Part shown: piece after piece, positions 1 through 9,383 of the stretch
How the letters are laid out: every line of letters starts with the position of its first letter
Position numbering within the stretch: the first letter of the stretch is position 1
IMG/VR virus record: IMGVR_UViG_3300032233_002452
From: an uncultured virus (IMG/VR IMGVR_UViG_3300032233_002452)
Lineage: Duplodnaviria; Heunggongvirae; Uroviricota; Caudoviricetes
Length of the DNA: 64,000 nt
Direction: 5' to 3' (one strand)
Notes under the pieces: model-generated
Database searches by the model: none
The model's input: the letters and a program-made list of their open reading frames with translations, nothing else
What the model was told of the DNA's origin: nothing
Position numbers and translations under genes: made by a program

Positions 1-924
1 ATTACCAGAAATATTTAAATCTTTTAGTCCAGAAATAGTACCATTTGTAGGTAGTGTTAATGAACCATCTTCACCAAATGTCCAATTTTGTGATGTTCCT
101 TTAGTATTGGTCCTAATTTGAACATTTGTATTAGCGTATAACTCAGCTGACGATGCCCCCATAAACAATGCAGTAGAATCATCATTAGTGGTTGTTAGAT
201 ATGCGGTGTTGGAACCATAAGTGGTAAAATCTAGTTTAGAACTTCCTAATCCACTAATTGGTCCTGTAATTGTACCACCAGATGAACGGAATACTGTATT
301 GTCAACATCAACCATAACAGTATTGTTTGCATCAACAAATGCAGTTGTAATACCGTCATTACCTTTAACAACTAATCCATCAGTAAGAAGGTTGAGTGAG
401 CCTGAACCCGAATCACCAGAAACAAGTAATGTGGTTGCAACGTTTATAGTTGTTACGTTTGTTAGCCGACCTTTGGTGTCAACTGTAACAATTGGAATTT
501 GTGTTTGGCCACCAAATGTGCCTGATGTAACACCAGTTGTCGGTAGAGAAGTATTGATTGTAACGTTAGAAGAACCGTTTAGTGCTACGTTACCTACTGA
601 ATCACCAGTTGCGAAAATGGTAATTGTATTCTGCCATGCATTCGCAGTACGTGCATTGCCAAGGAGTTCAGCACGAATAAAAGATGCTTGAAAACCACCA
701 GAACCATCACGGCGTACCAACTGACTAAAAGTATTGGCTTGAGTTGCGGCTTCTAAGTCATCAACATAAGTTTTACCACCAATAACGAGTGGTGTACCGG
801 CAGTATTACCAATGAATAACTTATTCGATGTGAATGAATATGCTGGTTCTGCGGTGTTTAATGATGCTGGTGTCGAGTTGGCACCAGAATATTTTAGTTC
901 AATTGATGTATTATTTGTTGACAT
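1..924 (-). CDS. Tail fibre-like virion protein, N-terminal part (runs off window start)
   Basis: Not in ORF track. ATG at 924 overlaps the upstream TAA; open to base 1 (MSTNNTSIELKYSGANSTPASLNTAEPAYSFTSNKLFIG...IPIVTVDTKGRLT); Thr/Gly/Asn-rich like phage fibres. Confidence 0.7.
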   Translation of the reverse strand, partial: MSTNNTSIELKYSGANSTPASLNTAEPAYSFTSNKLFIGNTAGTPLVIGGKTYVDDLEAATQANTFSQLVRRDGSGGFQASFIRAELLGNARTANAWQNTITIFATGDSVGNVALNGSSNVTINTSLPTTGVTSGTFGGQTQIPIVTVDTKGRLTNVTTINVATTLLVSGDSGSGSLNLLTDGLVVKGNDGITTAFVDANNTVMVDVDNTVFRSSGGTITGPISGLGSSKLDFTTYGSNTAYLTTTNDDSTALFMGASSAELYANTNVQIRTNTKGTSQNWTFGEDGSLTLPTNGTISGLKDLNISGN

Positions 925-1127
925 TAAAACGTTCCACCAGAAATTTTATTTAATGATTTAACTGTGTATTTACCAGTTCCAGCATCATATACAAGTGTTT
1001 GTCCGTCAGCTGGGTCAGTAGCAACAATATTAGTTAATTGTCCTAGTGATACGTTTGCTTGAGGTCCAATAGTAACAGAAGAAACTGTGGATTTGGTTGG
1101 TTTGATTGTTACTGAGATGTTTGCCAT
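924..1127 (-). CDS. Small virion-associated protein
   Basis: 67 aa, DGQTLVYDAGTGKY fibre-repeat-like motif, tight packing. Confidence 0.6.
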   Translation of the reverse strand: MANISVTIKPTKSTVSSVTIGPQANVSLGQLTNIVATDPADGQTLVYDAGTGKYTVKSLNKISGGTF

Positions 1128-1130
1128 GTA

Positions 1131-1463
1131 TTATCTCGTTACGTTAGGAAGAACAACGGCAATTCCTTCAAAGATTCGAGTGACTACACCAGAGCCATCA
1201 TCAATTTCAACATCATACAAGTAACGGCCAGGAGTAAGGTTGGCTGTATTAGCCGCACTCATACCCATAGTGATTTCTCCAATACCTGGAGAGGAAACAG
1301 ATACAGTAAAGTCTTTTGCTGAAGATGAGTAATATGATTTACGCATTTGTGAACGTGCAGTATAACCAACTAAATTTTTGGTTGCACCGTTCGCATCATT
1401 GACTGTGATGACTGTATTAAATGTGGCACCCTGTTCCAAGGTGATTTCAACGAACTCTGCCAA
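1131..1463 (-). CDS. Conserved phage structural protein (beta-sandwich-like)
   Basis: 110 aa, LEQGATF...GRYLYDVEI pattern; GGAG SD and TAAATA upstream. Confidence 0.65.
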   Translation of the reverse strand: MAEFVEITLEQGATFNTVITVNDANGATKNLVGYTARSQMRKSYYSSSAKDFTVSVSSPGIGEITMGMSAANTANLTPGRYLYDVEIDDGSGVVTRIFEGIAVVLPNVTR

Positions 1464-1511
1464 GATTATCTCCTTTTATCGTCTATTTAGTCAATCTCGG
1501 TATCTAATAAT

Positions 1512-1535
1512 AAAAAACCCCACCGAAGTGGGGTT
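1512..1535 (-). terminator. Rho-independent terminator with UUCG loop
   Basis: Minus strand AACCCCAC-TTCG-GTGGGGTT followed by T-run. Confidence 0.9.
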
Positions 1536-1552
1536 AATGGGAGTAAGTAAGA

Positions 1553-1714
1553 TTACTCGTCAGCAGGTTCTGGTGTATTGCCTTCTGCAACCCATTTTAA
1601 ATATTCTTGGTAGTCGTTGTTTGCTGGGTCGAATGGTATGCAAGCACCATCTAACAATCTTCGAATTGATGTTGATTCTGTTTGGCCAATAAAAGGTCGA
1701 ATTAATTTATACAT
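1553..1714 (-). CDS. Small tail-fibre chaperone-like protein, paralog 1 (53 aa)
   Basis: Hand-translated MYKLIRPF...[25 protein letters not shown]; below ORF-track cutoff; three paralogs in window. Confidence 0.8.
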   Translation of the reverse strand: MYKLIRPFIGQTESTSIRRLLDGACIPFDPANNDYQEYLKWVAEGNTPEPADE

Positions 1715-1720
1715 GTTAAT

Positions 1721-2848
1721 TTATAACTCTGAAGATAATAATATAGGAGAAGCAAAAGAAAATACACCAGGTGCACCAGCAGCAACAGCCACGGTGCAAT
1801 CAAGTATAATACTTCCACTAATTACAGGGCTGCTGCCAATAGAACTAATAATGTTTGCAGCGTTTTGTGTGAAAAAGTAATGAGTACCAGATGAAAAAGT
1901 AGCTGTTGGTGCAGCTCGCATGTATACTGGATAAGGAATCGAACCTAACGCTCTGTTTGTTGAAAATCCGAATCCAGAAAAGTAACTACCGCCGACCAAA
2001 GTAACAAAATACCTTTGACACAATGCAAACTCTGTTCCATATTGGCGATATTCAAATGCAGTAGCCGAAGAACCTTTTTCCAGCTGGACACCAGTAATAT
2101 AGAAAGTAGCACCATTGGTACCTACTACGCTGACTGCGCCTGTGGCAGAGAAGTATCCTGCTGATGCCCAAGCACCCGCAGTTCCACTAGTTGTAGACCC
2201 AGCACCTAGACCCCAATAAACTGCTATGCCAGTTCCGTTTGTATTTAACCATGTGCCAGACGTATCGCCAGCAATAGTTATCCTAATTGATGTCCAAGTA
2301 TTTGCGGATGAAATTGTGTAAGTAAATGGATAACTTCTGTCACCAGCCGAATTTTGCAATGCACCGCCAAATGTGCCTGTCAAACTTGAATAAACTTGAA
2401 ATGACAAAGTTATGGTGGCCGCACCTGCCGCACCCCAACCCAAATCAGCAACATTTAAACCCTCAATATTTTGAGCAATATTAAATCTATCACCAGATAA
2501 AACAGCATATGCTGATGTTGATACCACCCCTAAATAATTTATAAATCCAGCGGGTGGAGTAACGGAATTATAATTTTGCTGGACATTAGCTTTTGCCGTT
2601 TGGGTTGAACGATACCAAAATCTGTCAACCAAATATTGTGCACTTGCGGGAGAAGTAATCAATGCACCAGAATTCCTTTGGTCAATCCGCATATCTCCGT
2701 TTATGATACGATTCCGCATACTACCAAAAGTAGTATCTTGTCCACCAATTTGCATACCGCCAGTAAAGTTTACCTTTGATGCAACATTGACAGTTGATGT
2801 GTAACTTGAGTCCGATTCAATACGGTCTACAACAATTGTTCCTGCCAT
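1721..2848 (-). CDS. Putative receptor-binding/tail fibre protein (RNRIINGDMRIDQR family), paralog 1
   Basis: RNRIINGDMRIDQR...ITGVQLEKG...CQRY...SEL architecture shared by four genes. Confidence 0.75.
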   Translation of the reverse strand: MAGTIVVDRIESDSSYTSTVNVASKVNFTGGMQIGGQDTTFGSMRNRIINGDMRIDQRNSGALITSPASAQYLVDRFWYRSTQTAKANVQQNYNSVTPPAGFINYLGVVSTSAYAVLSGDRFNIAQNIEGLNVADLGWGAAGAATITLSFQVYSSLTGTFGGALQNSAGDRSYPFTYTISSANTWTSIRITIAGDTSGTWLNTNGTGIAVYWGLGAGSTTSGTAGAWASAGYFSATGAVSVVGTNGATFYITGVQLEKGSSATAFEYRQYGTEFALCQRYFVTLVGGSYFSGFGFSTNRALGSIPYPVYMRAAPTATFSSGTHYFFTQNAANIISSIGSSPVISGSIILDCTVAVAAGAPGVFSFASPILLSSEL

Positions 2849-2851
2849 GGT

Positions 2852-3109
2852 TTATCCTACTCTATTTAAAGAAGCTTCAATTAATGCTTCATATGCGGCA
2901 ATAACCGCAGGTGTATGTGATACTTGACAAATTGCTTTTACATTGTCTGGTTGGTCAGAATAGTCTTGACCTGGTGCAATTGTCCAACGATGAAATGATT
3001 GTGATAATTGAACACCATCTTCCATAATACGAGTTGCTTGGCGAACCTGAACAGTACCACCTTCAACAACTTCAATTTTATCAATTAATATTTCTTTAGT
3101 TAAACTCAT
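2852..3109 (-). CDS. Small fibre-associated/chaperone-like protein
   Basis: 85 aa immediately downstream of fibre gene 3155-3784. Confidence 0.6.
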   Translation of the reverse strand: MSLTKEILIDKIEVVEGGTVQVRQATRIMEDGVQLSQSFHRWTIAPGQDYSDQPDNVKAICQVSHTPAVIAAYEALIEASLNRVG

Positions 3110-3154
3110 GTTTTTCTCTTTTAATGTTCGTCTGTATTGTCTGAAGCAGATAGG

Positions 3155-3784
3155 TTAAACAAAATAAAAACCAGTTGCCCAAACAATCGAACCTCCTCTA
3201 GGGTCATTTAGTGCTACGCTGGCGCTGTTGGAAACCATCCTACTTAATGCCAGGCCTGTTCCCGAAGGAACCATAATTCCAATAAAAGGTGATGATGTAA
3301 ATTCCCAATTATATAATTGAATAGTAATTCTTGCGTTATCGTAACCTGAGGTACTTCTCTGAGCAAAAGGAAGACCAGCTAAAAGCAAATCGCCGCTTGC
3401 AGTTCCTTTTGAAAATGCCGAAATTCGATAGTCAATTGTAAAATAAACAACTCTACCTATTTTAACGTAAGTACCAAACCTCTCCGTAGAGGTAATACTC
3501 AAAGTACCAGGAGTTTCATAACTAATAGCAGGAGTAAAAGTACCTTCTTCATAATCATCAAGTGTATTTGGGTCAGCACTTGCATTAACTGCAGCGGGAA
3601 ACGAAATACCATTGTTTGCATAAAGCAAACCGCCAGTTGTTCTAAGTGTAGAACCGCCAGCAATAATTTCTCCACCGACAATATTTACACCGGTAGAGTT
3701 AAAGAATGAAACGTTAGACCCACCAACGTTAAATGCTAGGTTTGAATCTGATTGTACTCTATCGACTTTAATTATGCCTGCCAT
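3155..3784 (-). CDS. Tail fibre tip-like protein
   Basis: NTLDDYEEGTFTP...GTYVKIGRVV...GLPF motifs typical of fibre C-terminal domains. Confidence 0.7.
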   Translation of the reverse strand: MAGIIKVDRVQSDSNLAFNVGGSNVSFFNSTGVNIVGGEIIAGGSTLRTTGGLLYANNGISFPAAVNASADPNTLDDYEEGTFTPAISYETPGTLSITSTERFGTYVKIGRVVYFTIDYRISAFSKGTASGDLLLAGLPFAQRSTSGYDNARITIQLYNWEFTSSPFIGIMVPSGTGLALSRMVSNSASVALNDPRGGSIVWATGFYFV

Positions 3785-4062
3785 TATTCACTCTTTGGAT
3801 GTGCGTCTTTTACTGCTTTGATTGCTGTGTAAAAGTCTGATGTTTTATTTAGTGTGCCTGCATCAATAGCGTGCCACAACATATCAAGTTGGTCACCAAT
3901 AGTTGGGTACTGTCGAGCAGTTTTGTATGCATTGGCATCTATGTAAGCCTGAACTGTAGCTTCATTATAAGATACTACATTACCATTTGCATTATAGGCA
4001 ACATCACCACGGATAGTAACCACATTGGAATGTGTTGCGTAGATTGCTTCGTTCTTGGTCAT
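3784..4062 (-). CDS. Tail fibre assembly chaperone-like protein
   Basis: YPTIGDQLDMLWH...IKAVKDAHPK motif common downstream of fibre genes. Confidence 0.65.
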   Translation of the reverse strand: MTKNEAIYATHSNVVTIRGDVAYNANGNVVSYNEATVQAYIDANAYKTARQYPTIGDQLDMLWHAIDAGTLNKTSDFYTAIKAVKDAHPKSE

Positions 4063-4694
4063 CCTGCAATCTCCAATAAAGTAATGGTTGATGTTCTTAA
4101 ACTAGCGTGTTGCGCTTCTAACGTATAAATTGCAGCACCAGTATACATTTGAGTTTTATAAGTAGTAGCACTTGTAGTTGCCGGAGTATCTAACACAAAA
4201 CATGTATATGTGCCATGTGCATATTGCATATACATGTTTGTACGAGGGTCTGTATAAATTTGTGTAGCATCTCGTAATACTCGCCAGGCACCATAAGTGT
4301 TTGAGCCAGAAGTAGTTGAACTGAGTGTTTGTGCTACACAAACTAATATTTTGCTAGTTGAAGATGTAGGTGTGATAGTTGCTGTTAATCCAGTATCTAC
4401 AAATGATGTGCTAGTAGTTGATGTTCCAGTTGCATAAGCAACATTAACCACCTGCAACACCGCACCAGTATACATGTTCGTTCTAGAAACTGATGCAGCA
4501 CCTAATTTGCCAACAGGAATTGAACCTGCGGCAATTGATGCGGCGTTAATTTGACCGTTCTGGTCAATAATCTGAACACCAGTATTACTATGAAATCCGG
4601 CCGAGTTGATTGTGGCAAAAGTAACATTACCTACATTCAAACTTAATTTGTTAGCATCCGTACGGATGTAATCTGCAATAATTGTGCCTGCCAT
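4059..4694 (-). CDS. Tail fibre tip-like protein
   Basis: GAVLQVV...ATITPTSSTSKILV...ITLLEIAG; start moved to MAGTII by TAATG overlap. Confidence 0.7.
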   Translation of the reverse strand: MAGTIIADYIRTDANKLSLNVGNVTFATINSAGFHSNTGVQIIDQNGQINAASIAAGSIPVGKLGAASVSRTNMYTGAVLQVVNVAYATGTSTTSTSFVDTGLTATITPTSSTSKILVCVAQTLSSTTSGSNTYGAWRVLRDATQIYTDPRTNMYMQYAHGTYTCFVLDTPATTSATTYKTQMYTGAAIYTLEAQHASLRTSTITLLEIAG

Positions 4695-5116
4695 TAAAAT
4701 ACCGTCCAAGTTGCGTTATTTGCAATTGTTACTGTAACGTTGTTTGCAATGGTCAATGGACCTGCTGAACTTGCGTTATAACCTGTTGCAATTGTAGCAT
4801 TCTCTGTCAACACATTAGGATTAACACGAATGATACCATATGTATCTGCTGCCAAATAAGGGTTTACAGTTACACGTTCACCAAGGTATGTCAACTCAAT
4901 GTTGTTTGTACCTGGAGGTGGTGCTTCTGTGAATACAATCTGTCCGTTGATTAATGCATATGTACTGGTCTGTTGTTTAACACCAGAGATTGCAACTAAT
5001 ACAGATGCTTCGTTACCGTGAGCATATGCTAGATTGTATGCGGTAGTTGTGCCGTCACCAGAGAAGTACTCTGAACGGAACGTACCTGAAATGTTTTGAT
5101 TACCGAGATATGACAT
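4694..5116 (-). CDS. Fibre adaptor-like virion protein
   Basis: MSYLGN start, FSGDG..FTEAP repeat, C-terminal SAGPLTI..VTI..WTVF motif. Confidence 0.65.
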   Translation of the reverse strand: MSYLGNQNISGTFRSEYFSGDGTTTAYNLAYAHGNEASVLVAISGVKQQTSTYALINGQIVFTEAPPPGTNNIELTYLGERVTVNPYLAADTYGIIRVNPNVLTENATIATGYNASSAGPLTIANNVTVTIANNATWTVF

Positions 5117-5123
5117 GGTTTAT

Positions 5124-5294
5124 TTATTCGCTCTGTGGTTCGTCAGCTGGTTCAGGTGTATTGCCTTCAGCAACCCACTTTAGGTATTTTTGGTAATCGG
5201 TGTTGTCTTCAGCCAAAGTAAATGATGATGTTGTGCCTAATATTTGTACAGCAACAACTTGATTTGTTCTAGGGTCTTTAATTAATTTATACAT
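5124..5294 (-). CDS. Small tail-fibre chaperone-like protein, paralog 2
   Basis: MYKL...[25 protein letters not shown] overlaps upstream TAA. Confidence 0.8.
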   Translation of the reverse strand: MYKLIKDPRTNQVVAVQILGTTSSFTLAEDNTDYQKYLKWVAEGNTPEPADEPQSE

Positions 5295-6400
5295 TATAAC
5301 TCCGATGAAAAATCGCTCCAAGCACTTGCGTTTGAACCGAATACATGAGCTCCAGGTCCAGTAATACCAGAAGCAACTACTGCTTGGATTGTGACAGTAT
5401 CAGCACAGGCAGCATTGATTCCCAAAAATGTCGGCGTTCCTTGGCCACCACCAAGACCTTCAATGACAAAGTGACTTAAAGAAGAATAACTATACGATGG
5501 TGCTGCCCGCATTGTTTGTTTTAAATAAGCAGTTGGAAAACAAGTGTTGCTTCCATTACCTGCAATAAAATGTCTTGCGTTGCCACCACCAGAAATACGT
5601 TGGTAATAACGTTGACACAATGAAAATTCTGTACCATATGAACGATGTTCGAAAGGAGTAGCTACTGCTCCTTCTTCCAGCTGTACACCTGTGATGTTAA
5701 AAGTTGCACCGGTCGTGGCAATTAAATCGACTTCACCGACTGCGCCTAATTTGCCGCCAGCATTCCAAGCATCGTTTGACACAGCCTTGTATGTGCTTCC
5801 GCAACCTAATGAAAAAATAATATTTATGCCATATGCGTTACCTGTGTACCAAGTGCCGGTTGTGGGAGCTGCAATGGTGACAGACTTTTTCTCCCAAGTG
5901 TTTGCGGCGTTGATGTTGTAGGTTGTCCAATAAGATAAATCAAAGGCGCTATTTCGAAAGCCTAAGCCAAATGCTCCTGTGACGCTTGAACGAACCCAAA
6001 AAGACACCGTAAACTGTTGAGCATTGGCCGTACCAAAAGACAAGTCAGAGATATTATGTGCTTCAACATATTGTTGAATACTAAAATAACTGCCAGCTGC
6101 AACAGCAGCACCAGTTGAAACTGTGGCAAGTATACTGTTAGCAAAACCTGGTGCCGAATTAGCAGCTGATTGTTGAATTGTTACTGTTGAACCAGTCCAA
6201 ACACGGTCTACATTCCAACGGTCAAGTGTGTATGCCGAACCTGCTGTAACACTAGCCCCTGAATTTCTCTGGTCAATAGCCATGGCTCCGTTAATAATTT
6301 TATTTCGGAAAGCAATCTGGTTACCTTCGTTCGTAAGCAGATTAGTGATTACGTTACCAGTAGGTGATACTGAGTTGACTTTAATTCTTGATAGTGGCAT
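5294..6400 (-). CDS. Putative receptor-binding/tail fibre protein, paralog 2
   Basis: RNKIINGAMAIDQR...ITGVQLEEG...CQRYY...SEL. Confidence 0.75.
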   Translation of the reverse strand: MPLSRIKVNSVSPTGNVITNLLTNEGNQIAFRNKIINGAMAIDQRNSGASVTAGSAYTLDRWNVDRVWTGSTVTIQQSAANSAPGFANSILATVSTGAAVAAGSYFSIQQYVEAHNISDLSFGTANAQQFTVSFWVRSSVTGAFGLGFRNSAFDLSYWTTYNINAANTWEKKSVTIAAPTTGTWYTGNAYGINIIFSLGCGSTYKAVSNDAWNAGGKLGAVGEVDLIATTGATFNITGVQLEEGAVATPFEHRSYGTEFSLCQRYYQRISGGGNARHFIAGNGSNTCFPTAYLKQTMRAAPSYSYSSLSHFVIEGLGGGQGTPTFLGINAACADTVTIQAVVASGITGPGAHVFGSNASAWSDFSSEL

Positions 6401-6415
6401 AGTCTTATTTATCTC

Positions 6416-6577
6416 TTATTCATCAGCTGGTTCAGGTGTATTGCCTTCTGCAACCCACTTTAAATATTCTTGGTAGTCGTTGTTGGCTAGGTCGAAAGGA
6501 ATAAAAGCGTTATCCGTTGAACGCTTAACTACCGTAGATACTGAACCTTCTACAATTGGTTTTTGAAGTTTGTACAT
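6416..6577 (-). CDS. Small tail-fibre chaperone-like protein, paralog 3 (53 aa)
   Basis: Hand-translated MYKLQKP...[25 protein letters not shown]. Confidence 0.8.
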   Translation of the reverse strand: MYKLQKPIVEGSVSTVVKRSTDNAFIPFDLANNDYQEYLKWVAEGNTPEPADE

Positions 6578-7654
6578 TTATAACTCCGCAGAAAATGCCA
6601 CGTTAGCAGATGTGCCATCTAATAATTTTGAACCAAAACCAGCAGTAGCACCTGAAATCGTAAAAACTACAGACGCCATTGAAACGGAAGCTGTTTGCAA
6701 ACCAACTACTGTAGGTACTCTGTTTGCACTATCTTGGCATAAAAAAGTATTTGCTGCTGAAGAAGTAAATGTTGGAACAGAACGCATAGTTACTGGAAAA
6801 GGAATGCCATAGGCACCCTCATTTGTAGCTGTGTTATATCCAAAACCAAGAACACCGTTACTTGTGCTACTAGCTTTATAATAATACTTTTGACACAATG
6901 CAAGCTCTGTTCCATATGGACGATAATCGAAAGGAGTGGCCTCAATTCCTTTTTCCAATTGTACGCCAGTAATATAGAAAGTAGCACCGTTAGTACTTAC
7001 AACTGAAGTTGCTCCTGTAGCTGAAGCATAATCTGCATTAGTCCATGAACCAGCAGCTGCACTATATGTTGAACCAACACCAATACCAAACCCAACTAAA
7101 ATTCCTGTGTTATTATCTGTTAACCAATTTCCAGTTGTTTCTCCTGGAATTGTTATAGTTTCATATTCCCAAGTATTTGCGTTATTGATGGTGTAGGTAT
7201 ATGGATATGAGCGAGTGCCGGTAACATTTTGAATTGTGCCTCCAAATGTACCAGTTAAACTTGAACGAACCCAAAATGACAAAGTTACTGGTGCTGCGTC
7301 TACAGTTCCCCATCCAAGGTCAGCGGTATTAAAACCTTCAATATTTTGCAACACACGAAAATAATCACCTGCGGCCAAAGAGTAAGCAGATGTAGAAGTT
7401 ATACCAAGATAGTTTGTAAAACCTACAGGAAGAGCAACGCTACCAGCATTTCTTTGCATGGAATATTTTGACGATGCTGACTGACTTGCACGCCAACGGT
7501 CAATCGAGAAATATCCTCCAGATGTAGGAGTCACGCTTGCACCAGCAGTCCTCTGGTCAATTCGCATATCTCCATTGATAATCCGATTTTTAAAACCGAA
7601 TGGTATACCGCTACTTTGGTTTTCTATTGCTTGCGTTGCTGTTTGAATTGGCAT
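6578..7654 (-). CDS. Putative receptor-binding/tail fibre protein, paralog 3
   Basis: KNRIINGDMRIDQR...ITGVQLEKG...CQKYY...AEL. Confidence 0.75.
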   Translation of the reverse strand: MPIQTATQAIENQSSGIPFGFKNRIINGDMRIDQRTAGASVTPTSGGYFSIDRWRASQSASSKYSMQRNAGSVALPVGFTNYLGITSTSAYSLAAGDYFRVLQNIEGFNTADLGWGTVDAAPVTLSFWVRSSLTGTFGGTIQNVTGTRSYPYTYTINNANTWEYETITIPGETTGNWLTDNNTGILVGFGIGVGSTYSAAAGSWTNADYASATGATSVVSTNGATFYITGVQLEKGIEATPFDYRPYGTELALCQKYYYKASSTSNGVLGFGYNTATNEGAYGIPFPVTMRSVPTFTSSAANTFLCQDSANRVPTVVGLQTASVSMASVVFTISGATAGFGSKLLDGTSANVAFSAEL

Positions 7655-7658
7655 TTAA

Positions 7659-7928
7659 TTAACCTTGTGCTAAACGACTAGCTTCATATTCTTCTTGAAC
7701 TTGTGCAGCAGTTTTTATATTAGCTGCAAGAACAATTTCTTCTTTTGTACCGGAAATTGGTTGACCTGCGGCCAGTTTACGTTGAACTTCTGCGTTAACA
7801 ATCTCTTCAATTGCATCTTGGCATCTAGCATTAACTGCATTTTGTATCCACTCTTGTTGAGAAACAGTAACAAAAGAAAGTGCTTTATCTTGCGCCGCAG
7901 AAATTGTAATTGTATAATTTTTTGACAT
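7659..7928 (-). CDS. Small fibre-associated protein
   Basis: 89 aa directly after 7939-9216. Confidence 0.6.
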   Translation of the reverse strand: MSKNYTITISAAQDKALSFVTVSQQEWIQNAVNARCQDAIEEIVNAEVQRKLAAGQPISGTKEEIVLAANIKTAAQVQEEYEASRLAQG

Positions 7929-7938
7929 TTTAATCCTT

Positions 7939-9216
7939 TTATGCTACTAATTTGATTGAATAATTGCAGGCACCTTCAGCGCTTCCAGTTAACTGTTTTG
8001 AAGTACCTGCGCTTTGCCATGCAACAAATTCTAAGTAATCGTTTACCGATAGAGACACATAAGTTGAAAGTGATAAAGCTTCATAACCAGCTATTGATTG
8101 GTGATAATCGTAAACAACATATGTACCATTTTTCTTTAACATAAATTCAACAGAAAAACCTCCAGTTGAGTCTTGAATTCTTATTTTTCCGTGAACAAAG
8201 AAAACACCGGCAACTTGTGCAGTAAATCTTCCAGCAGAATATGATATACCAGAAGAACCTTGATTAACAAAATTTTGATCCCAATTTACAACAGCGTTTG
8301 TTGCTGTAGCTACAGTTTGTGCTGTGAACAATCGACCGGCCAATACTGGTTGACTTGGCATTGTAACACGATTTAGTGAATCAATAGAAATACTATTTAC
8401 ACCAGTTGTATTTGCAACACTAAATGATGTTACATTTGCAAGTGCAATTGTTGATGCTCGAACACTTAATGTATTTGCACCAACATCTAACTGGACTTGA
8501 CCAGCAGAAGTGGCACCAAAACGACCTACTTGTGAAGTGCCTGCTGAATTGAATAATGAAACGTTGCCTTTAAATGATGAGTTCTCAGCAGCCAATGTAA
8601 TCGTTGGATTACTAATATTTGGTTGAACCAAACTGGTACCAGCAGGAATTGCAGTAATAACAGATGAACTACGGAAGCCTAAGTGCTTGATGTGTACATT
8701 TGAACCACTTGGTGGTGCAGATGTGAATGTGATTGTTTGACCTGAAATTGTATAGTTGAGTGGTGCTCTTTGAACAATACCATCAACTGATACAGATAAT
8801 GTGTTTGCATCAGCAGGCGCTTCAGATAAAGCATACGTAGAAATTGCAGTATTACCGATATAGTTATCAACAGTAAACAAACGAATGTTGTTTGCTAATT
8901 TGTTGTATGATACTGAACCATCAGGTAAATAGACCTGAGCGCCAGAATCAAACTTACGGTAAATAACATAGATGTTGGAAGAACCAGTTGGAACTGCTTC
9001 TGTAAATATTAGTGATGTGCCGTTAACATCATAGGCAACGATTGGTTCTTGTTGAACGTTCTCAACGAAGACTTCAAGGTCAACCGCTTTCTGCACGAAA
9101 CGAGAAAGAGTAAATGTTGTTAGTGAACCGTTACCAGAGAATCTTTCCGCATCACGGGGTTCCGCAGCGGTTCTCATTGGGTCGAAAGGTAAATTATTAT
9201 TGCCGAGATATGCCAT
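7939..9216 (-). CDS. Tail fibre protein with two adaptor-like repeats and C1q-like C-terminal domain
   Basis: MAYLGN start; two V.V...Q....Y...G....FT.A.P.G repeats; GRFTAQVAGVF C1q-like motif. Confidence 0.7.
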   Translation of the reverse strand: MAYLGNNNLPFDPMRTAAEPRDAERFSGNGSLTTFTLSRFVQKAVDLEVFVENVQQEPIVAYDVNGTSLIFTEAVPTGSSNIYVIYRKFDSGAQVYLPDGSVSYNKLANNIRLFTVDNYIGNTAISTYALSEAPADANTLSVSVDGIVQRAPLNYTISGQTITFTSAPPSGSNVHIKHLGFRSSSVITAIPAGTSLVQPNISNPTITLAAENSSFKGNVSLFNSAGTSQVGRFGATSAGQVQLDVGANTLSVRASTIALANVTSFSVANTTGVNSISIDSLNRVTMPSQPVLAGRLFTAQTVATATNAVVNWDQNFVNQGSSGISYSAGRFTAQVAGVFFVHGKIRIQDSTGGFSVEFMLKKNGTYVVYDYHQSIAGYEALSLSTYVSLSVNDYLEFVAWQSAGTSKQLTGSAEGACNYSIKLVA

Positions 9217-9224
9217 AGTAGTAT

Positions 9225-9383
9225 TTATTCGTCCGCTGGTTCAGGTGTATTGCCTTCAGCAACCCACTTTAAATATTCTTGGTAGTCGGTGTTGGATGGG
9301 TCAAAAGGAATATATGCGTTATCCGACAGACGCTTAACTTGGTCTTGCTCGTTACGAATATTTAATGGACATAATTTATACAT
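9225..9383 (-). CDS. Small tail-fibre chaperone-like protein, paralog 4 (52 aa)
   Basis: Hand-translated MYKLCPL...[25 protein letters not shown]. Confidence 0.8.
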   Translation of the reverse strand: MYKLCPLNIRNEQDQVKRLSDNAYIPFDPSNTDYQEYLKWVAEGNTPEPADE

